Source: Octopus sinensis (Eukaryota). From it: DNA of 64,000 nucleotides. Location: NCBI RefSeq assembly GCF_006345805.1, contig NC_042999.1, forward strand, positions 158,162,001 through 158,226,000. Reading direction: 5' to 3'. This document shows, one piece after another, positions 1 through 14,139 of the stretch (positions are counted from its first letter, which is position 1; the number at the start of each line of letters is the position of its first letter). Position numbers and translations under genes: made by a program. The notes under the pieces were generated by a model. That model saw nothing but the letters and a program-made list of their open reading frames with translations. It was not told the origin of the DNA and did no database searches.

Positions 1-25
1 CCTAAAACGATCAACATTCTGTCTT

Positions 26-150
26 TTAGGCAGCCCGGATTTTATGTTTTGTGACTAATTTCACTTTTGTACGCACAAGGCGGTGGTCAGTCCAACATTC
101 AGCTCCACGAAGAACACGAACACACTGCACATCTTGTCTATCACGCATCC
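26..150 (-). mobile_element. RTE-clade LINE fragment, C-terminal end of the AP endonuclease
   Basis: VRVLRGAECWTDHRLVRTKV matches the GAECWTDH/SDH endonuclease motif. Confidence 0.75.
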
Positions 151-162
151 TATATACATACA

Positions 163-212
<50 letters not shown>

Positions 213-217
<5 letters not shown>

Positions 218-870
218 AGAATTCACAAAAAAGACAACAACAGACGAAGACAGGTGGTGTAGACAACAAACAGATGTATTAGTTTAACGCTCGGGAAGTG
301 AAAAAGTCTTTAACGTTTTGAGCCTACGCTCTTCGACAGAAAGGATCTCAGAAATAAACAGGGAGAGAACATAGAAAAAGGTTTAGTGGCTAGCGATCTA
401 TCATGGCGAATGCTTGACAGAGGGTCACACAGGAGAGCTAGGAAGTAGGGGAGATAATAAAGTAATGGTGATCCCAAAACGAAGGTGCGTGTGTATATGA
501 GTGCGTGTATGACCGTGTGGAAGAGGGCTGGTGACCTTGACGTGTGTGTGCGTGCATTTGTAGATATGTGGATTATAGTATGGGTGCTGGGAAGTGGTCA
601 GTGCTAATGCGTGCGTGGTAGTGTGATGTGATGTGTGGTGTGGTATGGTGGTGTTGGGATGTGGGGGAGGCGTGAGTGGGGAAAGCAAGGGTAGGGTGTG
701 GTGTGGTGTGGGGGTTAGGCTGAGGGTGAGGGTAGAGGTGGGGAGTGGGTTTATGGAATGGGGTGGGGGTGAGATGGGATGGATAGGGAAGGTGGGGTTA
801 CGAGGGAGGGGTGACGATGAAGGGAGAGTGGGAAAGGAGAAGGTGCGTAAGAGTGAAGAGAAGAGTTAAG
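213..870 (-). mobile_element. PLE-like non-autonomous repeat, family A (longest copy)
   Basis: Shares ...gaagagcgtaggctcgaaacgttaaagac...ctaatacatctgtttgttgtctacacc... with copies at 12375-12535(+), 15705-15975(+), 22035-22215(-), 55435-55625(-) and 61140-61280(-). All end next to (TA)n. The PLE origin is inferred from the hammerhead-like motif. Confidence 0.6.
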
Positions 871-1000
871 ACCACCGTTGACAAGTACTAACCTCTTGGC
901 TAAGACCTTGGCCAAGATCTTGAACTTTGCATTTTGTAGTGTGGTCGCCCTCGTTCAAATTCTCTCTCAGTAGTGTCACCACTCTTCGGTTGGCAGGTGT
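870..1000 (-). mobile_element. L1/Tx1-type reverse transcriptase fragment
   Basis: Manual translation NAKFKILAKVLAKRLVLV, resembling the RT N-terminal motif LLNxDxKILAKVLAxRL. Confidence 0.6.
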
Positions 1001-1559
1001 CAGAATTCTCTCGTCCTGTTACCGGTTGTTACTTTCCCGCTTTCTGTCCTGTTGGCCGGCTTTCAAGAACGAAAGTATGGAAGTCATTTTGAAAATTTAG
1101 TTTTAATTTCAAATAAATTTTCTTTCTTTCTAAATTTTGGCCAGTAGAGTGAGTTATAAAAAGATCAACCAATCTTTCTTTTCTGTCTTAGTCGGCTTAA
1201 CAACAAGCTAAAGCAAAATTAACAATTTGCCAACTGGAAAGGAAAATAAGACAGATTCAACGTGCTTCACAAAACACGTTTAGCTACGACAGTGAACAAT
1301 AACAAGAGCAATACAATCAGTAACAATAAGAACAATAGTGATTATGATGAAAATGCTGTTTTCTAAATGGTCATAAGAATATTATAATCGTTATGAATTA
1401 TTGAAATAAGCTTGCTATCCAAGAGGCATAATATCAATGTCAAAACCTACCGATCAGACGACAATTTGAAAACAAAAAGATTAAATACCAGAATACAATA
1501 AAAAAATTGGTGCGGTAAAACGAATAAATTAAACCTTAAAAGTGATATGCTTTTAAATG

Positions 1560-2430
1560 AAAACAATTTGTTTGTCCTTCTCTTCTAACAATGCTCATTC
1601 CTACGCAGATGATACTATCATTCATTACTTGCCTAGCCTCCCTCATCCAAGCGTCATCCACATGCAACCTCAACATTTAAGACCAGATCTGCACAAACAC
1701 CATGAACGGAAACGCCAGAAACATCTCCAAATGATATCATGCTAAGCTTGTCACATTCAACAACACACCTCTAGAGAAAGAAAACAAATGACCGCCCGTA
1801 TCAACCAAGAAAACACTTTACATTATTTTAAGCGTGGGCAACACAAACACACAACATGAATACACGATTGCTTTCTATGCTTGGGGCCAATGTCACCAAG
1901 GATGTCACCGAGTGAATACACATTCGTTGCATAACAAAGATTGCATTTGAATCACTGGTCTTTCCTTTCAGGGCTAGAAAATATTTTATCTCTTATCAAT
2001 TACTAAACCCTCTACAAAGCTCAACTGAGATTCACAATGGTGTTCTGCTGCTCACACATCTGAGACGCTGCTGCTGCAACAGATGAAGAAATTCTAATAT
2101 CATCTAGAGAAAGGTCGCTCGACTGATCAATTCTAGCGTACTCCAGTCCTTGGAAAACGGGGTATTTATTTTCTGCTATTGATTCTATTCCTCATATCTG
2201 GCTCATATAAGGCCACATTTACGCAGGCAATCCTTTCTCACTCATCTTTCCTTTTTTCATTACCCATAGTGAGTTCACTTTCTATTAGTCCCATTCCTAC
2301 CACGGTTACCAGACTATTCTTCTTTGAACGTCGACCTTCTACAATTTCCTTCCTACGCGAGCCATTCGTATAATGGCCAACTTGCAACTGTTCGTGAGTA
2401 ACATTAGCGACGTTAATCTTACGACTCTCG
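1560..2430 (+). mobile_element. Degenerate CR1/L2-type LINE RT and C-terminal region
   Basis: AHSYADDTII (YADD motif), followed by remnants of LNLYKAQLR...CSHIW. Many stops and frameshifts. Confidence 0.55.
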
Positions 2431-3039
2431 GAGAACTTACAATGGCTATAGGCGCAAACTAATAATAACAAAAAGAACTGGATCTATAATAATAAACACA
2501 TATTGATTCATTAGGATAATCATGATTATTAACAGCTGTTGTGAACAATAGGTCTCAAGAGACTGCATACAGGTAATTGAACTTACCTCTGTCTTTTACT
2601 GATGCATATATTATTGTCATTAGATAGATCTTTGTGAGTATCAGAATTCAGAATATAAGACTTAAATATCGCCGAATATTTAGCCCCGTTTTTGACAGTC
2701 TCTGCTATTGTATGATGGTGTTTAGACAATATACGCCTATTCAATCAGGTCAACTCTTGATCAATGGTGTCTTAGCCGTGACCATTCCATAGTTTGTACA
2801 TCTAGGGATACAATATCGTGTGTGTCTTTTTTTTTTAATTATGGGATTAGGATATAATTTAAGAAAATTTAACTTCTACTTTTAGCAGGTCGAGGTATCA
2901 GACAGAGGATAAATGGGAGCTTATATTTAGTAGTGAACTAAAAACAATAAAAATAAATGGCTATTTATGAGAAAGGTGAAACCAAAATATTTTAAGATAT
3001 TTATTCATACCTAAAAGATGACATTTCTGACGAATTTTG

Positions 3040-3252
3040 TACTCTTTTACTGGTTTCAGTCATTTGACTGAGGCCATGCTGGAGCACCGCCTTTTAGTCG
3101 AGCAAATCGACCCCAGGACTTTGTAAGCCTAGTACTTATTCCATCGGTCTCTTTTGCCGAACCGCTAAGTTACGGAGACGTAAACTCACCAGCATCGGTT
3201 TTCAAGCGATGTTGGGGTTACAAACACAGACACACAAACATACACAAAGGTC

Positions 3253-3283
<31 letters not shown>

Positions 3284-3449
3284 TACATATATACGACGGG
3301 CTTCTTTCAGTTTCCGTCTACCAAATCCACTCACAAGGCTTTGGTAGGCCCGAGGCTATAGTAGAAAACACTTGCCTAAGGTGCCACGCAGTGGAAATGA
3401 ATCCGGAACCATGTGGTTCGTAAGCAAGCTACTTACCACACAACCACTC
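3040..3449 (-). mobile_element. tRNA-derived SINE with Nin-type central domain (family a)
   Basis: Head with A/B-box-like motifs, gggcaagtgtcttctactatagcctcgggccgaccaaagccttgtgagtggatttggtagacggaaactgaaagaagcccgtcg domain, central microsatellite and (aaaagagt)n-like tail. Confidence 0.85.
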
Positions 3450-3660
3450 ACATTCTACTGACACTACTCGTTTCATACCAGCGCATGCGGTATTTACTTA
3501 CTATTATATACGTTATGAGTTCAAATCATGCGGAGGTCAACTTTGCCTTTCAACTTTTCGAGGTGCACAAAACAAAGGAATTAATATAATTGACTGTTCT
3601 CGACCACCTAATTTATGATCGTGTACCTATTGAACGAAATCAATATTAACATCATACCTA

Positions 3661-3846
3661 TTTCTATTTCTTTACTACCCACAAGGGGCTAAACGCAGAG
3701 GGGACAAACAAGGACAGGCAAACGGATTAAATCGATTATATCGGCCCTAGTGCGTAACTGGTACTTATTTAATCGACCCCGAAAGGATGAAAGGCAAAGT
3801 CGACCTCAGCGGAATTTGAACTAAAAACGTAGCGGGCAGACGAAAC
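3661..3846 (-). mobile_element. SINE with Meta-type domain (family b), partial
   Basis: gaggtcgactttgcctttcatcctttcggggtcgat domain and tail gtttagccccttgtgggtagtaaagaaata. Confidence 0.8.
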
Positions 3847-4699
3847 GTTTTGAGTTCAAATTCCGCCGAGGTCGGAACATCATACCAACAACGACAACAT
3901 ATCGAAAAATTATAATTTTTAACATAGACATCATCATCATCACAAACTACAACAACAATAACACGGAAATAAGAGCGCTAGCTAAATCACAAAAATAACT
4001 ACAACTCTAAAGCATGCTAACATTCACCACAGTTACACACATACAAACATTAGAATCCTCGCACACATTTACATAAACACACGTGCTAACACACAAATAA
4101 ACGAGGTCAAAAAGCATTTATATTTAGCGTATTTTAAAGAAATTAGATAAAAACAAATTTCACACACAAAAAAAAAACAACAAAACGACAAAATGAGAAC
4201 CTAGTGGTTATTTGACGAGGATGTGCTCTCCGCCCAAGAGTGATGAACACACCCATTTTTACATTGTACACAAAGAAGAGCTATTGTTAACGACCACTTT
4301 GCCTCTACCCCAGTCAGCAGTTAGTGGTCAGTTACGAATGGCCCTTGATGACGTGGTCAGGGAACATATCGTTGTGGCCGTTGAATACATATATTAGTCA
4401 ACTGCTACAAGCCTCTCAAGTAGTGAAAACAGGACACTAGAAAACAGCTGTTCGGCACCTTTAATTTATGCCGTTCTGGTATTGAAGTACAGAAAGAAGC
4501 GGATCCTCTTTTTGAAACAGTTTGGCGTTATGGAACGGTAAGAATATATTTTCAAAGAAGAAAATTCTTTGCATACTAAATATGCAGAACATACATATAC
4601 ACACGAGACGTATGTACGCAAGCGAATACAAACATAAATACATACATACATAGACGCAAGTATTTACGCACGTACATACTATTTACACACGTATATACT

Positions 4700-5140
<441 letters not shown>

Positions 5141-6242
5141 GTGCACACATACATACAATCACGAACACATTTACGCACAAGTAACAAAAATTCCATTTGT
5201 TTATGTTCAACCATGTATCAGCGTGATTTCTGTGACAGGGAGTAAACCTCCTCCCCCAGTAAAAAGGCAGTGAAAATTTCTGTCTTACATTTTCCCAAGC
5301 GTTTTAAGTAAGATTCACCTGGGAATGTTATCCGACTCTGTTTGACGGTAGTTTAACTCTTGAACGTTCTGCATGTTTTTCATTCCTGCCTTTCAGCAAT
5401 AAGGGATCGATAAAATAGTACGAGTTGAGCCCAGGGTTTCGACGTAAGCGATTTGCTCCGCTCCCACGAAACTGCTGGCCTTGTCCCAAAATTTTGGAGG
5501 ATGATGATAGGGGAAAACTTTTTATGGAAAAAATAAACAAATCTACCCTACATGTTGGTTCTGCACCTCCCCAGAAGCTTCTTCGAATTTTTTTGTTGCG
5601 CTATGCATTCAAAAGTGATATCACAAGCTTTTCTCTGCCACAAAGAAAAAAAAAAAAGAGAAAAAAAAAACAGTTGAAATTCATGAGAATCTATCATTTT
5701 TTAAAGTCTACCGCAGCTGCACATATAGAATGAGAGAAATAACATGTTTTTCTTTGTAAAAGCATGTGTTCATGCCAATCTAACCTACGGGAACACTGGC
5801 GATATTATTATTATTTGCAAAAACTCGGAGGAAATTAGATATCTGAAAAACTAAAAGAAAACTAAATATAGTTTGCGAAAGTAAAAGCGGTATATTTTTT
5901 TACACTCAACTTAGATTTAGATGTAGCGTATTGTGTTGGTGTCGCAAACAAAAAAAATCATAAATACGGTTTCACTTTTGTGTTGGTGTTTTTAAAAAAA
6001 TTACGTTTACTTTAATGTTTAAAAGAAAGGGATGGGTGAATTGTAATGATGATCGATGTATTGAAGGGCTGTTTCCAGAGTAACGGATTTTCATGGATTT
6101 AAACGAATACTTACGATTTTAGAAAGAAAAAAAAACGTAAGTTATATCCATCATTCTATGTGGGCGCGTATGCATATACACACAACTGTACACATATATA
6201 TAATTTATGTGAAGGAAAATCATTTCAAAACTGTTTTTTCGT

Positions 6243-6560
6243 TCAGACGCTTTCGGAAATTCCCGATATAAATATTCCGAGGCCTCTCCCCCACCCCTCT
6301 TTCTCGAGAGCGCATTTTGTTTTTTCATATTCGTTTAGAGCAAGTTGTTTTACACATATTACACTATTTTTTTTTGTTTTGGTGCCCGGGTCAGCCCCTC
6401 AGACGCTTTCGGAACTTCCCGATGTGAATTTTCCGAGGCCTCTCCCCCACCCCCCTTCGCGTGCGCGAATTTTTTTTTTTCATATTCGTTCATAGGAAGT
6501 TGTTTTACACCTATTACACACATTTTTTTTTTGATTTTCTGATATTTGTTACGCCCTATA
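6243..6560. repeat. Two diverged tandem units, period 156 bp
   Basis: tcagacgctttcggaa...ttccgaggcctctcccccaccc... starts at both 6243 and 6399. Confidence 0.85.
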
Positions 6561-7256
6561 TTAACCTCTAAAAGGAGACAGAATCATTAGAGCATCTGAA
6601 AAAAAAATCGGTATTCTTTCTGGTTAATCTCGCTGAGGATAACATTACTTTTCATCCTCCTGAGATCGATAAAATAAAGTACCAGTAAAGTACGAGGGTC
6701 GATGAAATCGATTTACCCCTCCCCTTTGCTGCCATTGTGCTTAAATCAGAAACCATTATAAAGCATCTGGGTTTCCTAGACATGCAAATTTCTAATGAAC
6801 TATACACAATATTCACATCACTCTGGCCGTATAAGCATTCTACAAAGATGCCGAATTGACAGGATCGTTAGTGCAATTTTGTCAGTTATAAAGCAGGTCT
6901 GGAAGAATATTGAGTGGATATACATACATACATACATACACATATATTTGTGCGTGTGTGTGTGCGTGCATGTGTATATATATATTTGCGTATATGTATG
7001 TATGTATGTATAAATATATATATGTATATATGAAGGGGAATATTCTTTATGTTGTATGTCTCATTTCTCTGTTTTTTTGGTTGTTCGAAAAAAGTTCGTT
7101 TCTATGTTTTTGTTTTTATGTTTTCATTTTTCATTGTGTTCAACGTTTTTCTGATGACCTGTACCCATATATGCATGTATACATATATGTATGTATATAT
7201 GCATATATATATATATATATATATATATACCCATCTCTCTCTCTCTCCCCTCCCCC

Positions 7257-7294
<38 letters not shown>

Positions 7295-7639
7295 TTATAT
7301 ACCCATCCGTATGTACATACGTATGCGTGATTTGGTTATAAGGATTCATTAGAATTTATGAAAGCCTTAATAATATTCTACCGAATCAGCTGTCGCAAAT
7401 GTTAAATGCCATTTGTGTTTACATACATACATGCATACATACTCTCTCTCTCTCTGGTCGGGTAAGCATGTATCTTCTCTATGGCAAGACACCTGTTTCT
7501 GTTTCTCTGTCTCTCTGTCACATTCAAACCTTTCATCACCTGACACAAGATCACCTCCTCCAATGCTCCGTCCCCTCTCAAAGATTCCTTGTCTTGCAAA
7601 GTCTCTTGGTGATCCTGCCAGTGCGGGTGTCACGTAAAA

Positions 7640-7802
7640 AAGCATCCAGATCATTCTCCGGAGTGGTTGGCGTTAGGAAGGGCATCCAGTTGTAAAAAAC
7701 CATGCCAAAGCAGACACAGAAGTATGGTGCAGTCTTCTGCATGCCGAGCTCTTGTCAAACCATCCAACCCTTGCAAGGCGGACGTTAAACGATGATGATG
7801 AT
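7640..7802 (+). mobile_element. RTE-type LINE/SINE 3' end with (GAT)n tail
   Basis: ggagtggttggcgttaggaagggcatccag...ggcggacgttaaacgatgatgatg, same end as 28780-28942 and 17450-17620. Confidence 0.7.
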
Positions 7803-7821
7803 TCACACACACGCGCGCATA

Positions 7822-7892
<71 letters not shown>

Positions 7893-7993
7893 CTTTATTA
7901 AAAGCAGCAGAATTAAATAAAGCATATTACTCTACCCCTGGTATTTGAGTACTCTTTTTTCCTCCTTGTTTCACATTTATGTGTTTACTCCGG

Positions 7994-8037
<44 letters not shown>

Positions 8038-8521
8038 TACATACATACATATATACACACATACACGTATATATAAATGCACATGTGCATATTCTTCGGC
8101 GAACGAAGGGAGGATTCTAATAAAACGTTATGAAACCAACAAACATTCTGGTGAAACCTCATAGGATTATTTCTATTTCCATCAAAAGAAATAATCGTAT
8201 AAGTTTACACTTACATATATCTGTCTATATATCTGTATGGTAACATACGTACACACATACATGTACTTTACGCATACGTGTGTGTGTGTTTGTGTGTTTG
8301 TGTTCTCGTATCCTGGCGATTCAACAAAAGAAAACTAACAGAATGAATACCAGGCTTTAAAAAATCAGAACTGGGATCCATTCATGTGACTAAATGTTTT
8401 CCAGGGTGGTGCCCCAACATGACCGCAGTTAAATGACTGAATCAATCAAAAGCTATATATGTGTGTATAAAATATATATATATATACATACACACACACA
8501 CACATATATATATATAAATTC

Positions 8522-8554
<33 letters not shown>

Positions 8555-9539
8555 TACATACATATATACATACATATACGTACATAAATATATATATACA
8601 TACATATATACATACATATATACATACATATACGTACATAAATATATATATACATATATGTATACACACACACACATATATATATATACACACATATACA
8701 CACATATGCATATATATACATACATACATATAAATACATATATACAAACATATATATATATATATATATAATATATATATACATACAAATATGTATATAT
8801 ATATATAGATACATAGTAAGACTAATAGAAATGAAACTATTAAAAGGGAAACTATAGAACGCAATACTATGTAATAGTGAAACTATTATATCACATTACA
8901 ATAGAGATGTTATTGTTTCACTTTTGATACGTAATATCGAAACAGTCTAAGAGATTGCTCCGGACTCGCATTAGAAAAGAAGTTAAACATTTTTTCGGCT
9001 CATAACACTCTAAGGCATGTGTAAAATTTTAATGAAATCGGTTGGGCAGTTCTCGAGTTTTAGCCATGCACACATACACACGGACAGACAGGCACAAATT
9101 GTCGGTTACATATATATATATACACACACACACATATATATATATAAACATCCAGGTACAGTACACATATAAATGTAGGCATATATATCCGCACACATAT
9201 AACCCTCACACACACACATATATGCATGTATATATGTGTGTGTTTGTGTGTAATGTGTGTATGTATGTATATATAATAATTATAAGCATAATTATAATTA
9301 GGATTCAGCAAAATTTGCTTCACCACATACCGAAATTTAGAAATAGCAGTTAAATACTATTCCACTAACATAAGATATCTCCCAGACAGCAATACTCTAC
9401 AACTCGCAGGTAAAGAGAAAAAATAACGAATCCACCCGGCTTTGATTAACTATATACGCATTTCTGGGTTAAAGAGATGTAAAAAGATATAAAATCATAT
9501 TTCTACTACTATACTTCAGTATAGTATATCAATTTTAAA

Positions 9540-10046
9540 TGTGAGACCTACATCAAGTGCCTGGAGGAGGTAGTGCTGTCCTGGGTCAACAGAGTGGCTG
9601 CTGGAAGACCCTATATCTGGTAACCAGGCTCTGCTCCCTCCCACACATGCAGGAGAATCATGACTATCAGACAATCTCTGCGACTACATCACCCCTTACA
9701 TCTGACCGCCAAACTCCACACACAGCAAATCTCTTGATTATTATAAGTGGGGTGCAGTTGAACGAGAGACCAACAAAACTCCTTGTAACACCAACGATGA
9801 ACTGAAGGCAAGGATTATGGCAGAATTCATCAACTTAAACAAAGAAACCGTCCAGAATATTTGCAAGAGATTCCGGAATTGTTTGGAGACCGTGGTTGAA
9901 GCCAATGACGATTTTATTGAATAAATTTGCTCTTTAGTATTTCAAGATGTATTTATGTAATTTTGTTAAATATATCTGTTAAAATAATATGTCAAAGTTA
10001 TTTTCATTTTTCGTAATTTAGACGACAGTATATTCACCGCACCCTA
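9540..10046 (+). mobile_element. Tc1/mariner (maT, DD37D-like) transposase C-terminal fragment with right TIR
   Basis: Manual translation: RPYIW*PGSAPSH...*PPNSTHSKSLDYYKWGAVERETNKTPCNT..ELKARIMA...EANDDFIE*. Ends in caccgcaccct followed by ata. Confidence 0.8.
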
Positions 10047-10140
10047 TATGTACAGATATGTGTATATGTGTGTGTCTGTGTGTATGTATATGTAAATGTA
10101 TATGTATAGATATGTGTGTATATATATGTGTGTTGTGTGA

Positions 10141-10189
<49 letters not shown>

Positions 10190-10402
10190 ATGCAAATAAT
10201 TAGAAAATGGAGGAAACCACATATTAAGAAACATCGATTGGACCATATTTATATCTTATGTTTTGACACAAAGCATGACATAACAAAGTTAAGTCCCCTA
10301 TTTTGTTATGTCTCGCTTTATATTAAAAAGATAAGCCATAAATGTGGTCTAATCGATGTGTTGGTTAATCTGTGGTTTTCTCCATTTTCTAATTATTTAC
10401 AT
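10190..10402. mobile_element. Hairpin (fold-back) MITE flanked by TA
   Basis: About 100-bp imperfect inverted arms (10188-10287 and 10302-10404), a ~14-nt loop and TA on both sides. Confidence 0.7.
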
Positions 10403-10569
10403 TAGTTCCTGGCAAACTCTTATTTATCCTGTTGTTATCTACACTCTACGTGTATGGTGTGCCTGCGCACCAATGCCCGGGGATAATACAAAGAACGGAT
10501 ACCGATAGTATATACGGATATTTTATCCCTTAGCCGGTTACTATAACCGCTAACGTGGCTGCGTTGCAA

Positions 10570-10728
10570 GATGCAGACGTGACTGTGTGATAAGAAGCTT
10601 GCTTCCCAACCACTTGGTTCCGGGTTCAGTCCCACTTCGTGGCATTTTGGGCAAGTGTCTTGTGCTATAGCCTCGGGCCGACCAAAGCCATTTGAGTGGA
10701 TTTGGTAGGCGAAATCTGAAAGAAGGTT
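10570..10728 (+). mobile_element. SINE family a, 5' half
   Basis: tRNA-like head plus Nin-type domain. Confidence 0.75.
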
Positions 10729-10880
10729 TAAATAAAGAAAATTTGTTCATAGAAAAATACAGAATACGTCTAAATATGAACGCTTAACCAACTTTGATCT
10801 CAGCATATATTTTAATTCATACCCATCGTTGTACATATTTCATCTCACTACTTTAGCATTTGAGTTTTTGTGTATATATA

Positions 10881-11109
10881 TTTCTTTACTACCCACAAGG
10901 GGCTAAACACAGAGGAGACAAACAAGGACAGACAAAGAGATTGAGTCGATTACATCGACCCCAGTGCGTAACTGGTACTTAATCTATCGACCCCGAAAGG
11001 ATAAAAGGCACAGTCAACCTCGGCGGAATTTGAACTCGGAACGTAACGACAGACGAAATACGGCTACGCATTTCGCCCGGCGTGCTAATGGTTCTGCCAG
11101 CTCGCCGCC
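10881..11109 (-). mobile_element. SINE family b, full length
   Basis: Head ggcggcgagctggcagaacc, B-box gagttcaaattcc, Meta-type domain and family tail. Confidence 0.85.
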
Positions 11110-11329
11110 TGTTTTTCTGTATATATATTTATTTACCCCCTCTTTGAAAGATGATCAATCACCTCCCCTGCCCCCAATAATAACAATGCCAACTACCACT
11201 CCTTAGATTTTTCTGCTTGTTGAACCATTCATTCATAAACTTCGAGAAACAATATAAAATATATTAAAACATTAAAACTATGTACAGTGTATGCATTTTG
11301 CTTCTTTTGTTGTATATATATATATTTTT

Positions 11330-12371
11330 CTCAGAAACGTCCTGATCAAGGAGATGTTATTTGCTGATGATGCCGCTCTGGTAACACACACAGAAGAAGC
11401 CCTCCAAAGGCTCATTAACTGTTTTGAGCAAGCATGTAACGACTTTGGCTTAGCTATCAGCCTTAAGAAGACCAACATCATGGGCCAGGCTACATCGGAC
11501 ATCCCAAACATACATATTGGAGACCACAGATTACAAGAGGTGGAGAAGTTTACCTATCTGGGCTCTACCGTCACCTACAACCTATCCCTTGACGCTGAGC
11601 TCAATATACGCATTGGCAAGGCAGCTGCTGCGATGGCCCAACTCTCCAAACGGGCTTGGGACAACAATAAGCTGACCAAGACCACGAAAATGAAGATCTA
11701 CCAGGCATGTGTACTCAGCACTCTACTGTATGGAAGTGAGACCTGGACGCTATACACACGCCAAGAGCGTCGCCTGAACATCTTTCACCTGCGCTGCCTC
11801 CGAAAAATCCTCCGCATCAAATGGCAAAATCATATCCCCAACAAAGATGTCCTCAGGCAAGCAGGAATACCAAGCATGTTTGCACTCCTCACACAAAGAC
11901 GTATGAGATGGCTTGGGCATGTTAGCCGTATGAAAGATGGCAGAATCCCCTAGGACATACTCTACGGAGAGCTTGCTAGGGGTACTAGGTCTGTGGGTAG
12001 ACCGATCTTACGTTACAGGATGTTTGCAAAAGGGACATGAAGGCCTGCAACATCAATATTAGCGGTTGGGAGGCAGTTGCCGGCAACCGTGGAGAATGGC
12101 GACGTACCGTAAAAGAGGGAATACAAAGGAGTGACAGAGAGAGAGAGGAGAAATGGAAAGAAAGGAAGAGACGTAAACAAGAGACTATGGCACTACAACC
12201 AGCCAGGAACAGTCTTCGCTACATTTGCGGTACCTGCCAGAGGGAGTGTTTGTCCAGGATAGGACTACACAGCCACAGCAGGAAATGTATCAGGACATGA
12301 AATATAAAAGCCGGACTAGACTACTTCATGCGCAACTCCATTGTCTCCCGAGACAAAAAGGATGCCAATAC
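11330..12371 (+). mobile_element. 5'-truncated RTE (BovB-like) LINE: RT C-half, C-terminal Cys/His knuckle and 3' UTR
   Basis: LFADDAAL, FTYLGS, LLYGSETW, RWLGHVSRM, YICGTCQRECLSRIGLHSHSRKC. Stop at 11951-11953, a frameshift near 12015, and 3' end ccattgtctcccgagac. Confidence 0.92.
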
Positions 12372-12404
12372 AATATATTTTTCTCTCCTTGTTTTTTTCT
12401 GTGT

Positions 12405-12444
12405 ATCTTTCTGTCGAAGAGCGTAGGCTCGAAACGTAAAAGAT
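12405..12444 (+). ncRNA. Hammerhead-like fold with a variant core (CUGUCGA) in PLE-like repeat family A
   Basis: AUCUUU-CUGUCGA-A-GAGC(GUAG)GCUC-GAA-ACGU-A/AAAGAU. Perfect 6-bp stem I, but A6 is replaced by U. Confidence 0.5.
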
Positions 12445-12689
12445 TTTTTCTATTCCTGAACTCTATACTAATACATTTGTTTGTTTGTACTTCACCTGCC
12501 TTCGTCTTTTGTTTATTTTCGTAAACTTTCCCTTTATATATATATATATATATCTATATCTATCCCTCTCTATATATATATATGTATGTATTTATACACC
12601 CAGACACACACACATGTATGTATTTATGTAAAGCTCTATCTATGAAGCACTCTTCATTTTATTTAGTTGTCATCTCCATCTCACCCCCC

Positions 12690-12812
12690 TTCTCTACAGC
12701 TGAGTGGATTGGATCAACGTGAAATAATGTGCCTTGCCCAAGAACACATCACACATCTCGCTCCGGGAATCAAACTCATGATTGTAAGCTCCATACTCTG
12801 ACAACTGAGCCG
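12690..12812 (-). mobile_element. SINE family c fragment
   Basis: ctacagctgagtgga...aacgtgaaataatgtgccttgcccaagaacac resembles 43030-43085. Confidence 0.6.
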
Positions 12813-12859
12813 AGCACCTTCACTACACACATACGCACACGGATACGCAGACTCACACA

Positions 12860-13088
12860 CACATCATCATTGTTCGACCGTGGTCGAGACAATGGAATTT
12901 ACCATGCTACGCCAGACTTCATGGTCCATCATAGCATTACGGAGGTCCTGTTGCTTGATGCCTGTATCCCTGGAGATTACATCAGGGTAGGAGAGTGTGT
13001 GCCCTCTGGTATGGCTTCCAGAGGAGAAGAGTAGAAAATACCTCTTTTTCAGCTCTACAACAATGTCCAGCATACTGGACTCTCTTAC

Positions 13089-13095
<7 letters not shown>
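12860..13095 (-). mobile_element. RTE-type LINE 3' end
   Basis: RVQYAGHCCRAEKE..LLLWKP / SYPDVISRDTGI..LRNAMMD..VWRSMV, then a short (GAT)n tail. Confidence 0.7.
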
Positions 13096-13147
<52 letters not shown>

Positions 13148-14095
13148 ACACACATATATGTATTTATATGCAGTATATGTACACACACATACGCCCCATC
13201 ATCATAATTTAATGACCGCCTTTTCATGCTGACATTAGTCAGCTAGAATTTTCTTGTCACCAACACTGACCTGTTTGGTGCCAGGAAGGACATTCGACCG
13301 TAGTAAAACCCTACTTTTCTAGCAAAATGGCATATTCCCATACCAAACATGTTTTCTTACAGAAGACTGGAAACAATGTTTGCCGCTTGTCTGACGATGA
13401 TGTTCGTTTACAAACATCGCGTAAAAACTGAAAGGGGGGGGGGTGCACACAAACACGTTGACACACATGCTTATATACATACGCATACAAGCAAATGCGC
13501 GGGACACGCACATATACAACGGCTAACAAATTCCACTCATTACGATTTGGTCGATCAGGAGTTTCTGTAAAAGACGCTTGCAAAAGACTGCGTGAAACCA
13601 AGACTGCGTGGTTGGGAAACAAGGTTGGCGGTCACACAGACCTGACTATGCACGCTCGCACGCACAGCGACATCCACACACACACACACCACACATACAC
13701 ATACACACACATACTCACAATCCCTAGGCGGTTTACAACAGACGCGAAAGTAGGATTCCTGTAGGCGATGTTACAGCTTATTTTAATCATATCTGTTAGA
13801 TATACATTCAATACATTTATCCATACTTTTACAAATGATTACCATGCAGATTAAAGGAACGACAGAATAACTATACTATATTAATTTAATTACAGATGTT
13901 GTTATGTACGTATATGTGTGCGTGTATATATATATACATATATATATTATATATATATATATATATATTTGTATGTTTATGTCTCTCTTTCTCTGACATA
14001 TACATACATACATGTATACATATATAGTGTTTTATTTGTGCTTTCTTGTTTGAATTAACTTTATATATATATAATGCTTTGTCTTATTGATATAT

Positions 14096-14139
<44 letters not shown>

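Noticed and set aside
630-870. G-quadruplex or triplex-forming tracts (also 60064-60310 and 61711-61731)
   Set aside because: The sequence potential is real, but these are ordinary low-complexity parts of repeats with no evidence of function.
5425-5733. 102-aa ORF as an exon of the zinc-finger gene
   Set aside because: No recognisable domain, it contains an A-run, and there is no convincing splice pair.
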